Counted from the stretch's first letter, positions 1 through 11,996 are shown. The stretch: 32,000 nt of DNA from Halomicronema hongdechloris C2206 (GCF_002075285.3 NZ_CP021983.2:1260001-1292000); one strand, 5' to 3'. Made by a program: numbers and translations. The notes: generated by a model not told the origin, from the sequence alone.

Positions 1-172
1 AGTACAGCCACGAGGTTTGAGCTTCGCGGTGGTTGGCTAGCTGAGCCCTAACCCTGGAAGTAGAGCCTGAGTAGGCAGGACTATGGCACACGCCCATGTC
101 CTAAGATATGAGATTATGCGATCGCAACTGTGCGATCGCATTTGACTATGTCCATCGATTGCTCAGGTGACC

Positions 173-802
173 TCAAGTTTCCGCCGGGGCTAGGGCGTCT
201 AGGTAAGGGCGCACCATAAACAGACTGGCGATGGACTTGGCATCAACGGCCTCTCCCGATAGGATTGCCTTCGTCAAGGCTTCCGGGGTCATCAAGATCA
301 CCTCGATGTCCTCATCGATATCGGTCTGGGGACCGTCGTCTAGGTGTTCTAGATCCGTGGCCAGAAAGGCATAAATAATCTCATCGGAATAGCCCGGGGC
401 CAGGGGAAAATTGCCAATGGGTTGCCAGGTATGGGCCCGATAGCCGGTTTCCTCTTCTAGCTCGCGCTGAATCGTGGTGGCCGGGTGTTCATCGGGTTCC
501 ACCGTACCGGCGGGAAACTCCAACAGTCGCCCCTGCAGGGCGAAGCGGTACTGGCGTACCAGCACCAACTCGCCGCTGGGCGTCACGGGAACCGCCAGGG
601 CTCCCCCGGGATGACGAATACATTCCCAATCCCCTTCGGCCTTATTGGGCAAGCGCAGCCGATTGACTTCGAAGTTAAATTTACGACCCTCATAGAACAG
701 GCGTTGTTTTAGCAGTTGGGGCGGTTCTTGGTGGATCGGCATAGAGACCGGTTTGCGAAAAACAGTAGATAAAGTGGCGGCGGATGATTCCTGGGCCCCC
801 AC
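173..802 (-). CDS. NUDIX hydrolase (ADP-ribose pyrophosphatase-like)
   Basis: Nudix box visible in the translation (GTVEPDEHPATTIQRELEEETGY). Length is typical. The ORF-track start is a non-ATG codon, so the true start may be the internal MPIHQ. Confidence 0.85.
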   Translation of the reverse strand: MGAQESSAATLSTVFRKPVSMPIHQEPPQLLKQRLFYEGRKFNFEVNRLRLPNKAEGDWECIRHPGGALAVPVTPSGELVLVRQYRFALQGRLLEFPAGTVEPDEHPATTIQRELEEETGYRAHTWQPIGNFPLAPGYSDEIIYAFLATDLEHLDDGPQTDIDEDIEVILMTPEALTKAILSGEAVDAKSIASLFMVRPYLDALAPAET

Positions 803-961
803 CTGGCAGTACTCCCCTCATCGGTTACTAACGGCAATGCCCAGTAAGTGGGTATCCAGTCGGCCTATCGCCGCAAGAGGAGCTCAGTGGTGGGGCCTGG
901 CAGGGGTTGTCAGTATTTAACCCTAATACTGCGAAGGTTAGCCAGATGGCAGGCAGGCGAT

Positions 962-1462
962 CTAGGGGGAGGCGGCCAGAGTCAGTGGCCATACGTCTTG
1001 GGCACCAACCTGCTGGGCCAGGTCTTGAATGGTCTGACCAGAGCGGGGATCGACCCAATCGGCGGCGATCTCAGCCAGGGGCACCAGCACGAAGGCGCGT
1101 TCGTGCATGCGGGGATGGGGAATCTGCAGTGACGGCGTCTGCAGGACGATGTCATCCCAGAGTAAGAGATCGAGATCCAACTGTCGCGGTCCCCAACGCT
1201 CTCGCCGGATGCGGCCAAATCGACGCTCGATAGTGAGGAGCTGCTGTAGCAGTACCTCCGGCGTTAGCCGCGTCGTCACCAGGGCACAGCCGTTGAGGTA
1301 GTCTGGTTGGGGCGGGCCGACAGGTTTGGTGCGATACAGCCGGGACTGTCGAGCTAGCTCGGTCTGGGGCAGGGCATTTAGTGCCGCTAGGGCTCCCTGC
1401 AGAATAGCCACGGAGTCACCTAGGTTACTGCCGAGTGCGATCGCACAGGAAACAGATTCCAT
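962..1462 (-). CDS. folK: 2-amino-4-hydroxy-6-hydroxymethyldihydropteridine pyrophosphokinase (HPPK)
   Basis: Characteristic HPPK motifs: AIALGSNLGD, RWGPRQLDLDLLLWDD, PHPRMHERAFVLVPLAEI. About 166 aa. Confidence 0.9.
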   Translation of the reverse strand: MESVSCAIALGSNLGDSVAILQGALAALNALPQTELARQSRLYRTKPVGPPQPDYLNGCALVTTRLTPEVLLQQLLTIERRFGRIRRERWGPRQLDLDLLLWDDIVLQTPSLQIPHPRMHERAFVLVPLAEIAADWVDPRSGQTIQDLAQQVGAQDVWPLTLAASP

Positions 1463-1550
1463 AGATTCCTAGATTAAGGAACATGACTTACCATGCTAAC
1501 GCCAGTCGTAGCAGCCCCACGAGTGGCCCTGATCAATTTCGTCAGGGGAT

Positions 1551-1868
1551 CTAGAGATGGGGCTGGAGTCGCTCGATCAGTTGATTGGCGGCCAGCACTC
1601 CTTCAATCCGATCGACAGGCTGCCCCTGCTTAAAGAGCACCAGGGTCGGCAGGGCTTCGATGTGATGCTGAGAGGCAATCTGGGGATAGCGGTCGGTATC
1701 GATCTTGACCACTTTTAGTTGCCCCTGCAGTTGGGCATTCACCTGCTCTAGAATCCCCGTCATCATCTGGCAGGGACCACACCAGGTGGCATAGAAATCT
1801 ACCAGCAGGGGCTGTTGGGAACCGGCTAGCAGCTCAGCGAAGGATTGGAATTTCTGTTTAGTGACCAT
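1551..1868 (-). CDS. trxA: thioredoxin
   Basis: 105 aa with WCGPC active site in the context VDFYATWCGPCQMM and the conserved PT..LF.G tail. Confidence 0.9.
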   Translation of the reverse strand: MVTKQKFQSFAELLAGSQQPLLVDFYATWCGPCQMMTGILEQVNAQLQGQLKVVKIDTDRYPQIASQHHIEALPTLVLFKQGQPVDRIEGVLAANQLIERLQPHL

Positions 1869-1979
1869 GGCAGCGGGGTCTGATAGAGTCTAGGCCAATA
1901 CAATATGTTTCGATCCTAGACCAACAGCACTTTAAACTAGCCGCTGATCCGAATTCCTTAAGGCAATAGGGCTTCCTGA

Positions 1980-4560
<2,581 letters not shown>

Positions 4561-4602
4561 CGTCGCGGGGCCTCCAGAAACGCATCCAGACTTAATGAGA
4601 GG

Positions 4603-4986
4603 TCAGCGACCGCTGGCTTTGGCTGGATACCCTTGCTGGCTCAACAGCTGCACCAGCTGGTCCGCGTGGTCGCCTTGAATCTCAATGGTGTTGTCCTTGA
4701 CGGTGCCGCCGCTGCCGCATTTGCCCTTCAGGGTTTTGGCCAGGGCATTGAGGCGCTCCGGGGCCTGTTGGAATCCACTGATGACGGTGACGGTCTTGCC
4801 TTTGCGGCCCTTGCGACTGGCCTGAACCCGCAGCTGTTGCTTTTCTGGGGGTAAGTCAGGCTGAGCCCTGGCCAAGGCGGCATGGTTGGATCCCCCGAAT
4901 TCAGAGTAAACGGTGCGATCGCATGGGGAGCCTTTAGAGGAGGATTTACGCTGAGCCATGATCCTAAATACTATCTTGGGCGGCAT
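4603..4986 (-). CDS. yciH: translation initiation factor SUI1/YciH family
   Basis: SUI1 core RKGRKGKTVTVISGF...LKGKCGSGGTVKDNTIEIQGDH. The probable true start is MAQRKSS at 4959. Confidence 0.85.
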   Translation of the reverse strand: MPPKIVFRIMAQRKSSSKGSPCDRTVYSEFGGSNHAALARAQPDLPPEKQQLRVQASRKGRKGKTVTVISGFQQAPERLNALAKTLKGKCGSGGTVKDNTIEIQGDHADQLVQLLSQQGYPAKASGR

Positions 4987-5133
4987 TGTCCCATGCTATC
5001 GCCTGTCTATTGACAAAGGGGCTCGAAATTGGTTCCCTAAGAGCTAAATTCGCAGGGGAGCCCTGTAAGGGTTTTCGGAGCTAGTTTTAGTCAAGAGTAC
5101 ACGTTAAGGAACAGCGTAGGGAGCCGGTCAGCG

Positions 5134-6864
5134 ATGGGGTGGGGGAGAGTAGGCTGGGGTCTGGCGAGTAGCTGGATCGTGATCACGGCATCAGGGGCGA
5201 CTGCCGTCGCCAAGTCATCTCCGGTCCCCACGGGTGTCCAACCCGCAGCACGCTATGCCCAGGTGGATCCCAGCCAGGATCGTTTCCCCGATACAGATGT
5301 CCCGGAGCCCATGCCCTTGCAGGATGGCCCGGCCCTGCCGACGCCGAGCCAGCCGACGGCGCCCCCACTGCCTCAGGAAGAGCAACCGCCAGGGGAGCAA
5401 ACGGTCTATGTGGAGCAGATTCGCGTCTTGGGTAGCACCGTCTTCAGCCCAGCAGAGTTGCAGGCGGTGGTGGCCCCCTTTGCGGGCCAGACTCTGACCT
5501 TGGAGGGATTGACCCAGGCGGCCAATGCCGTGACTCAGCTCTACCTCAACCGGGGATACATTACCTCCCAGGCGGTGGTGAGCGACCAGGTGGTAGCAGA
5601 TGGCATCCTCGAGATCCAGGTGATCGAGGGGGCCCTAGAGGCGATCCAGGTGGAGGGCACCGAGCGCCTAGACGACTATGTGCGCAGTCGCATTGCCCTG
5701 GCTGGTCTGCAGCCCCTGAACCAGTTTCGCCTGGAAGACCAGTTACGCCTGTTGCAGGCCGATCCCCTCTTCGCGGACATTACCGCTCGCCTGCGGGCGG
5801 GCAGTGGCCAGGGCCAGAGCATACTGGTGGTGCAAGTAACGGAAGCCCCTGCCTTTGCCGCCAACCTGGTGGCGGATAATTATTCGCCCCGCAGTGTGGG
5901 GCAAGAACGCATCGGAGCGGTGCTGCAATATCGCAATCCGGTGGGCTGGGGCGATACCCTGTTGGCCTCCGCCTATTACTCCAGTGAGGGGGGCTCTAAG
6001 CTCTACGAACTCAGCTATCGGGTGCCCCTGAATCCCATGAATGGCACCCTGCAGCTGCGGGCCGCCCCCAATGAGTTTCGCATCGTCGATGAGGCCTTTA
6101 CTGGTCCTGGCCTGAATATCGAGGGCAGCACCGAGATCTATGAGGCCATCGTGCGGCAGCCCCTGATTCGTACCCCGCGGCAAGAGCTGGCCCTATCCCT
6201 GGGGTTCCGCTACCGGGATGGAGAAACGCTGATTAATAATTTGATCACCGGTGAGAACCGCACCAGTGTGGTCAGTTTCGGCCAGGATTATTTGCGGCGG
6301 GATCCCCAGGGGGCCTGGGCGGTGCGATCGCAATTCCGCTTCGGCACCGGGCTGTTCGATGCCACCGATGGGGCCGAACCCGACGGCCAATTTTTCAGTT
6401 GGTTGGGGCAACTGCAGCGGCTGCAGGTCCTCAGTCCCGATCAGGTGCTGCTGCTGCAGGCCGACCTGCAGTTAGCCAATGATAGTCTGCTGGGATCCGA
6501 GCAGTTCTTCGTCGGCGGTGGCCAATCGGTGCGGGGCTATTTCCAGAATCAGCGCTCCGGCGACAACGGCGTGCGATTTTCCATAGAAGACCGGATCACC
6601 CTAGTGCGGGAAGATGACGGTAGAGTGCTCCTACAGACAACCCCATTTCTGGACTTAGGCTACGTCTGGGCCAAGGATGCCGATATCAACCAATTGACCG
6701 ACGATAATCTATTACTGGGCACTGGCGTCGGCTTCATCCTCAATATGACGCCCGATTTAACCACCCGCTTAGATATAGGCGTGCCCCTGATTACCCTGGA
6801 CGAACAGGCCGGCGATCGCCCCTCTAGGGTGCAGGTTCATTTCAATGTCAACTATCGCCTCTAG
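5134..6864 (+). CDS. ShlB/FhaC/HecB-family two-partner-secretion outer-membrane transporter (TpsB)
   Basis: Signal-like N-terminus and a Pro-rich linker. POTRA-type segment (IRVLGSTVFSPAELQAVVAPFAGQTLTLEGLTQAANAVTQLYLNRGYITSQAVV). Long beta-barrel-like C-terminus ending in an aromatic-rich strand (VHFNVNYRL). Confidence 0.75.
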   Translation: MGWGRVGWGLASSWIVITASGATAVAKSSPVPTGVQPAARYAQVDPSQDRFPDTDVPEPMPLQDGPALPTPSQPTAPPLPQEEQPPGEQTVYVEQIRVLGSTVFSPAELQAVVAPFAGQTLTLEGLTQAANAVTQLYLNRGYITSQAVVSDQVVADGILEIQVIEGALEAIQVEGTERLDDYVRSRIALAGLQPLNQFRLEDQLRLLQADPLFADITARLRAGSGQGQSILVVQVTEAPAFAANLVADNYSPRSVGQERIGAVLQYRNPVGWGDTLLASAYYSSEGGSKLYELSYRVPLNPMNGTLQLRAAPNEFRIVDEAFTGPGLNIEGSTEIYEAIVRQPLIRTPRQELALSLGFRYRDGETLINNLITGENRTSVVSFGQDYLRRDPQGAWAVRSQFRFGTGLFDATDGAEPDGQFFSWLGQLQRLQVLSPDQVLLLQADLQLANDSLLGSEQFFVGGGQSVRGYFQNQRSGDNGVRFSIEDRITLVREDDGRVLLQTTPFLDLGYVWAKDADINQLTDDNLLLGTGVGFILNMTPDLTTRLDIGVPLITLDEQAGDRPSRVQVHFNVNYRL

Positions 6865-6914
6865 CCTGCGGCCATGCATAGTCACCGACCTGACGCTAGC
6901 GTCTCCTAGACTCT

Positions 6915-9038
6915 ATGGCCCCCTCCTCACGCTGGATCTCTGGAGTTAGCCACAGTGGTAAGACCACCCGGCTGACAGACACCCTCAGCCACTACGGTGA
7001 GGTCATGGCTCCTGCCCTGGACCAGGGGCGTACTCTGCTGGTGTTTGCCGCCAATGGCGATAATCGTATTACTCTGGCCCAGCGGTTAATCCAGGCCACT
7101 CAGGGTCGCTATCCGATGCAGACGACGACGCCTAGCGGCTTCCTGATGGAAGAAGTCAGCCTCTTCTGGCCGCTGCTGGTGACTCAACTAGAGCTGCCCA
7201 CCCAATTTCCCCTGCGCCTGCGTCCGGAAACGGAACAGGACTTGGCCATGGCCCTATGGCAACCGCAATTACAGACGGGAGCCCTGCAGGTGGAGGGCTG
7301 GTTACCCGATCAAACCGTGCGGCGGGGCCTCGATTTCCTGCAACTGGCCGCCGCCGCTGCCATCGCCCCGGAAGACATCGGCCCCATGCTGGCCGATGGC
7401 ATTCCCCCGGGGTTTGCCCCTCCGACAGTATGGCAGACCCTGGCCCAAGCCTTAATAACGTGGCGGAACTGGTGTCTACAGCGAGGACTGCTCACCTACG
7501 GCATCATCGGCGAGTTGTACTGGCGTTACCTACTGCCCCATCCTGACTATATCGCTCGACTACCTCAACGCTTTTGTGGAGTCTTGGCCGACGATGTGGA
7601 TGAATACCCGGCCGTGGCCAGTCTTTGGTTCGAGACCCTGCTAGCCCAGGGCATCCCCGGATGCTTCACCTGGAATCCAGATGGTCAGGTGCGATTGGGG
7701 GTGGGGGCCGACCCGGAGCGCCTGCAGCAGCTACAAACCCACTGTCAGCAGCACGAGTCACTGCCCCAGCCGGTCCCGCCAACCCTAGCCTATGACTGGG
7801 GACCAACCATCGTGCAATGGGTCATGGATCCCCTGGCCTTACCGGTCCCACCGCCGGCAATCCAGACGCTACAGGTGACCTCCCGGGGCGATCTGTTGCG
7901 GCGTACGGCCGAAACTATCGTCGCCGCCATCCAGGCCGGACGGGTAGCGCCAACGGAGGTGGCCATCATTGCTCCGGGCCTCGACGCCATTGCCCGCTAT
8001 ACCCTGGCCGATATTTTAGTGAGTCGGGGCATCCCGGTTGAGCCCCTGAATGAGCAACGGCCTCTGGCGGCCTCACCCCTGGTGAGAGCCCTGTTAACCT
8101 TGCTCACCTTCGTCTATCCGGGCTTAGGCCGATTAATGCCCCGAGAAGCCGTGGCGGAAATGCTGGTGGTGTTGAGCCAGACCCCAGAGGCCGAGGTAGG
8201 CCAGGCTTGGTTCGACCGGGTCCAGATCGATCCGGTGCGGGCAGAGCTGATTGTCGATCATTGCTTTGTGCCCCATCCAGAGCAGCCCCAGCTCCTGCCG
8301 GTCAGCCATTTTCCCCGGTGGGATCGCCTGGGCTACCGGGCCACCCAAGCCTATGAAGCCCTGCTGAGTTGGCTGCAGGACCAACAACAACAGCGGCAGC
8401 AGCGGTTGATTCCCAGCGTGGTGGCCTTTCTCGATCGAGCCATCCAGCAGTTTCTCTGGCGGGGCAATGCCCTGCCCTACGACCAATTGGCAGCCCTGCG
8501 GGAGTTGATGGAAACAGCCCAGCATTTCTGGGAGGTGGACGAGCAGTTGCGACGCTTAGATCCGACCTCGCGCCAGCCTCCGCAGGAGGCCATTGCCCGC
8601 TTCATTCAGTTACTGCAGCGGGACACGGTGACGGCTAACCCGTTTCCAGCCGATGCCCTGGGCACGGGGCCACAGGGAGTGACCCTGGCAACGGTGTTTC
8701 AGTATCGGCTGCAGCGCCTCAGCCATCGCTGGCAGTTCTGGTTGGATGCCGGCTCGCCCCGCTGGTTGACCGGCACCGATGCCCTATTTGGCTATCCCCT
8801 GTTTCTCAGTACCTGGTCGGGGCGGTCCTGGACGGCGGTGGACATTGAGCAGGCCCATGAGCAACGCCTAGAGAGAATTCTGCGGGATTTGCTCAGTCGG
8901 GCCAGCGAGCGGGTGGTGCTGTGCCACAGTGACCTGGCCGTCAGTGGCCAGGAGCAGACTGGGCCGCTGCTGGGTCTGGTAAATACGGCCCAGCCCTGGG
9001 GCGATGAGGCCGATAATCTGGCTCACCTATCCACCTGA
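6915..9038 (+). CDS. UvrD/AddB-like P-loop protein (possibly degenerate helicase)
   Basis: N-terminal P-loop GVSHSGKTT, a DExx-like VLADDVDEYP, and a late TLATVFQYR...WQFWLD segment resembling the UvrD-family C-terminal motif. Assignment is by weak motif resemblance only. Confidence 0.4.
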   Translation: MAPSSRWISGVSHSGKTTRLTDTLSHYGEVMAPALDQGRTLLVFAANGDNRITLAQRLIQATQGRYPMQTTTPSGFLMEEVSLFWPLLVTQLELPTQFPLRLRPETEQDLAMALWQPQLQTGALQVEGWLPDQTVRRGLDFLQLAAAAAIAPEDIGPMLADGIPPGFAPPTVWQTLAQALITWRNWCLQRGLLTYGIIGELYWRYLLPHPDYIARLPQRFCGVLADDVDEYPAVASLWFETLLAQGIPGCFTWNPDGQVRLGVGADPERLQQLQTHCQQHESLPQPVPPTLAYDWGPTIVQWVMDPLALPVPPPAIQTLQVTSRGDLLRRTAETIVAAIQAGRVAPTEVAIIAPGLDAIARYTLADILVSRGIPVEPLNEQRPLAASPLVRALLTLLTFVYPGLGRLMPREAVAEMLVVLSQTPEAEVGQAWFDRVQIDPVRAELIVDHCFVPHPEQPQLLPVSHFPRWDRLGYRATQAYEALLSWLQDQQQQRQQRLIPSVVAFLDRAIQQFLWRGNALPYDQLAALRELMETAQHFWEVDEQLRRLDPTSRQPPQEAIARFIQLLQRDTVTANPFPADALGTGPQGVTLATVFQYRLQRLSHRWQFWLDAGSPRWLTGTDALFGYPLFLSTWSGRSWTAVDIEQAHEQRLERILRDLLSRASERVVLCHSDLAVSGQEQTGPLLGLVNTAQPWGDEADNLAHLST

Positions 9039-9183
9039 AAGTGGTGTCGTAGGGTGGCCAGGGGCAGCTGCTCTAGATCGACGATGGGGTCAACGCTACG
9101 CCCCAAGTAATCCGATAGCCACAGACTGCCCTGGAGCAGCCACTGCACTCGGGGGAAATCCTGGGTTTGCATGGCTAGGGCTC

Positions 9184-9450
9184 CTAGCCAGCGGGACGAG
9201 AACGCAGCTGCTGTTGCTCGTCGGTGAGAACGGCGGCCACTGAGGTGCGAGTGTCTGCCAGGATGGACCAAATGGCCGTCTTTTGACTGTCGCTGAGGTC
9301 AAGGGATGCGATCGCATCTCGCATGGCCTGGCCCGATTGCATAATCACCTGCAATTCACTCTGTTGCTCCGGGGTCAGCAGCGCTTCAATAGCGGCTCGA
9401 GTAGCGGCAAAAACACTCTGGAGCTGGGAGCGTTGTTCAGTTGGAATCCT
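9184..9450 (-). pseudogene. start-less LTXXQ-repeat (Spy/CpxP-like) ORF fragment
   Basis: Open frame on the minus strand reads RIPTEQRSQLQSVFAATRAAIEALLTPEQQSELQVIMQSGQAMRDAIASLDLSDSQKTAIWSILADTRTSVAAVLTDEQQQLRSRPAG*. It has an in-frame stop immediately upstream, no signal peptide and no convincing start. It abuts the tRNA-fragment repeat. Confidence 0.3.
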
Positions 9451-9486
9451 CTAGCTCCACAAATGGTTAGCAACCTCGTACAGGTT

Positions 9487-9537
9487 GATGGACGTAACTG
9501 GACTCGAACCAGTGACCTCCACGATGTCAACGTGGCG
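9487..9537 (-). repeat. attL-type direct repeat: orphan 3' fragment of tRNA-Val (51 bp)
   Basis: Exact 51/51 identity to 31094-31144, which is nt 26-74 of the intact tRNA-Val plus 2 downstream nt. Identity breaks at 9486 and 9538. Confidence 0.95.
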
Positions 9538-9666
9538 TTCTTAACGCTCATAACTAGCTGCTGGCAAGCATTTTGGAAGCTGGACTAGTACACCGCGGCA
9601 CCATCCCGCACCCATCTGTAATGATCAGAATTTTATTTTTTTTCAACCCTGACCTATATAGAAAAA

Positions 9667-9795
9667 CCCCTACACACCCTACACAACTCCTACACTGCTT
9701 AGGTTTCAGCCCTACACGCATCCCTACACGGTTTTTCCCAACCCCTACACACCCTACACAACTCCTACACTACTTAGGTTTCAGCCCTACACGCA
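9667..9795 (+). repeat. CTACAC repeat array (9 copies) organised as two 54-bp near-identical units 75 bp apart; candidate arm-type integrase/Xis sites
   Basis: Units at 9667-9720 and 9742-9795 (CCCCTACACACCCTACACAACTCCTACACT[G/A]CTTAGGTTTCAGCCCTACACGCA). Same motif in inverse orientation at 29708-29814. Confidence 0.7.
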
Positions 9796-10185
9796 CGGCA
9801 AACCTACCGGCACATCTGATGGATGGTTGCTCAACATGCTCAACAAATACTCAACAACATGGCGTTTCAATGATTCTCGCTATCATTTGGGCAGAGCAGG
9901 GGTTGGCTATTCGACCGTCAGGGATTGGGTTGCTATTGGCGAGGGGAGGCATTCAACCCGAAGAAGAACTGGAGAGTATGCGGAGTTTGCGGACCCACAG
10001 AGCGCGATCGCACCCTGCAGGAATGCCGGGCACTGCTCCAGCATCTCTACCGCCAGAGCTACAGCGCCAAACGGCTGAGGATGGCTAGGGATGCGCTCAC
10101 AGCCATCAGCCAATACAAGCCACCACGGCAGCACCAGCGCAACTGAGCAGCTAAGTACAATTGACCTAACGGGAGTATCCGAACT

Positions 10186-10425
10186 ATGAACCCAGCACTA
10201 GCCGCAAAATTCCTGTACGGCACCGAACCGCTCACCGGGGCCGAATATAACGATCTGACGGCTAACCCTGAGATGGCCCGGCTGCTGAGCCAGGCGCGGG
10301 AACTACGTCCCCAGGCGCAACCGCCAGCACAGCCCCAGCCAGCCCCACAGCAGCAGTACACCTCAGAGCAACTGCAGCAGATGGATCAAACCGAGCTGGC
10401 TGCGATCGCGTTTAAGAGTAATTAG
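10186..10425 (+). CDS. hypothetical small protein (Q/P-rich linker)
   Basis: ATG start preceded by GGGAG. 79 aa. First of four same-strand, closely spaced small genes. No recognisable domain. Confidence 0.5.
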   Translation: MNPALAAKFLYGTEPLTGAEYNDLTANPEMARLLSQARELRPQAQPPAQPQPAPQQQYTSEQLQQMDQTELAAIAFKSN

Positions 10426-10436
10426 GAGCCCTGGGA

Positions 10437-10844
10437 TTGAGGCGCACGATGGCGCAAAATGGCGACAATTTAACGCCTAAACAGCTGGCCGCGGTGGCAG
10501 AGTTGGCCCGAGGCAGCAGCCACCAGGCCACCGTGGACGCCACCGGCGTGAGCCATCGGCAGCTGAGCAGGTGGAAAGCTCAGCCCGATTTTAAGGAGGC
10601 CATCCTGGAGGCTCAGAGGGCGATCTATGGGCAGTCCATCGCGGCAATAGTGACCGCCATGAATACAGCCACCACCACACTGGTGGAGATATGCGAAAAC
10701 CAGGAGGCCTCAGATGCCTCAAGAGTAAGCGCCGCCAGGAGCATCCTGGAGAACGGCCTCAAGGCCTTTGGCCAAGCTGACTTGGATCGCCGCGTGGAAG
10801 AAATCGAGGAGCTATTCAAAAGTGAATCTGCTGAAACGACTTGA
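10437..10844 (+). CDS. HTH DNA-binding protein (phage/plasmid small-terminase-like or regulator-like HTH)
   Basis: LTPKQLAAVAELARGSSHQATVDATGVSHRQLSRWKAQPDFKEAI is a classic N-terminal HTH of small phage/plasmid proteins. The probable ATG start is 10449. Confidence 0.6.
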   Translation: MRRTMAQNGDNLTPKQLAAVAELARGSSHQATVDATGVSHRQLSRWKAQPDFKEAILEAQRAIYGQSIAAIVTAMNTATTTLVEICENQEASDASRVSAARSILENGLKAFGQADLDRRVEEIEELFKSESAETT

Positions 10845-10998
10845 ACGGCTGCAGCAGCAGGCGGCTATTAACCGGCTGCCATCCATGAGTGATGCTGAGC
10901 TGGAGGAGCTGGTGGGCCATGACGAGATCGGCCAAAAGCTCAAGAGCTGCAGCGATTTTGAATTGCAGAGAATAGCCAGGTCAGGCAAGTGGAATTAA
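10822..10998 (+). CDS. hypothetical small protein
   Basis: In-frame GTG at 10822 (VNLLKRLERLQQQ...) overlaps the stop of the upstream gene. The ORF-track version starts at 10768. No domain recognised. Confidence 0.4.
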   Translation: MNLLKRLERLQQQAAINRLPSMSDAELEELVGHDEIGQKLKSCSDFELQRIARSGKWN

Positions 10999-11303
10999 CT
11001 ACGCGGATCGAGCAATTGCGCCAGCTAAAGGCAGCCTCCAGGCGTAAACGTGAGGCCATGGCCACCGGCGATCGCGAACGTATCCAGCAGGCAATACGGG
11101 TATTAAGGGCACAGCTACCCATAGCCCCGGTGAGGTCCGTGGAATCGGCAGCAGTGGCCATGGCTCAGCTAATGAGGTTAGAGAGGGAACTGTACCCCCA
11201 TAATGCTGATGAGGTGGCAGAGCTGGCGGTGAGGTATGGTGTCGACCCAGGTGAATTTATCCAGGTGCTCCAGGAAAAGTGGCACGAAAAAAAGGGTTTT
11301 TAA
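10989..11303 (+). CDS. hypothetical coiled-coil protein
   Basis: 104-aa ORF overlapping the previous stop. Helical, charged sequence. No domain recognised. Confidence 0.45.
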   Translation: MELTTRIEQLRQLKAASRRKREAMATGDRERIQQAIRVLRAQLPIAPVRSVESAAVAMAQLMRLERELYPHNADEVAELAVRYGVDPGEFIQVLQEKWHEKKGF

Positions 11304-11450
11304 GGCTGGCTGAGCTGACCTGAGCTGTCTTGTCACGATCAACCGCTGAAAGCATTGTCCTATAGCTATCGTGGCGTTTTTACGGTCGGCAGAGTTGACC
11401 TGAAAATACTAACAAATCACAACATTTTGACCCCTGAAAATGAGGGTTTT

Positions 11451-11996
11451 TCAAGCCTCAGGCTGTTTACCGCTTACCCGCTTCCATGCTGCAGCTGGAG
11501 CCATCCCGCGCCGGTATTCCACCCATGAGCTGAGTAAGGCCTCCCGCGCCATGCTGGCCATCTGTACCTTGGGATTGCCATGGACCATCGTGAACAGAAC
11601 CCGATAGTGATCACCGCCAATCTCTTTGAGGAGATCAATCGTTTGGACCAGCGCATCCACGGCCATGGCCTCAGGAGTGGTAGGCAGTATCAGCAGGTCG
11701 CACCCTTCCACCAGTGGCTCCAAGTCCTCCCGCGATGGCCGCGCGCCGGTGTCGATCACCACGTGCTTAAACTTTGGGATATGCCTAAAGGCAGCATCCA
11801 CGGCCACCACCTTAAACGGCAGCTCACCGCGCTTACTCCAGGAGGTGGCGCTCCTGTTTTCATCCCCATCCACCAGGAGGACACTCTCACCACCGTCCAG
11901 GCCAGCTAGAAACGCGGCCAAGTGGATGGTACTGGTGGTTTTGCCCACTCCTCCCTCGAAGGAGCTGACGGTTAAAAACATTGGATTACACCTCAC
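11451..11996 (-). CDS. ParA/Soj-family ATPase, small, with atypical Walker A (FEGGVGKTT)
   Basis: MFLTVSSFEGGVGKTTSTIHLAAFLA...VLLVDGDENRS...VVIDTGARPS...LLILPTTPE match the ParA deviant Walker A, A' and B layout. The likely start is 11981. The signature Lys is replaced by Glu. Confidence 0.75.
   Translation of the reverse strand: MRCNPMFLTVSSFEGGVGKTTSTIHLAAFLAGLDGGESVLLVDGDENRSATSWSKRGELPFKVVAVDAAFRHIPKFKHVVIDTGARPSREDLEPLVEGCDLLILPTTPEAMAVDALVQTIDLLKEIGGDHYRVLFTMVHGNPKVQMASMAREALLSSWVEYRRGMAPAAAWKRVSGKQPEA

Noticed and set aside
119-141. Two HIP1 palindromes six bases apart (GCGATCGCAACTGTGCGATCGC) at the window start.
   Set aside because: HIP1 is a genome-wide hyper-abundant cyanobacterial palindrome. 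A close pair in an intergenic or gene-end region is not unusual, and no further structure is attached.
9573-10146. Track ORFs 9573..10088 (171 aa), 9827..10078, 9907..10134 and 9925..10146 near the left end of the element.
   Set aside because: The 171-aa ORF is a read-through of the CTACAC repeat array (repeated PTHPTQLLH...GFSPTR peptides are just translated repeats). The others overlap each other without ATG starts or motifs. Only the tail of 9925..10146 looks faintly protein-like, which is not enough to call.
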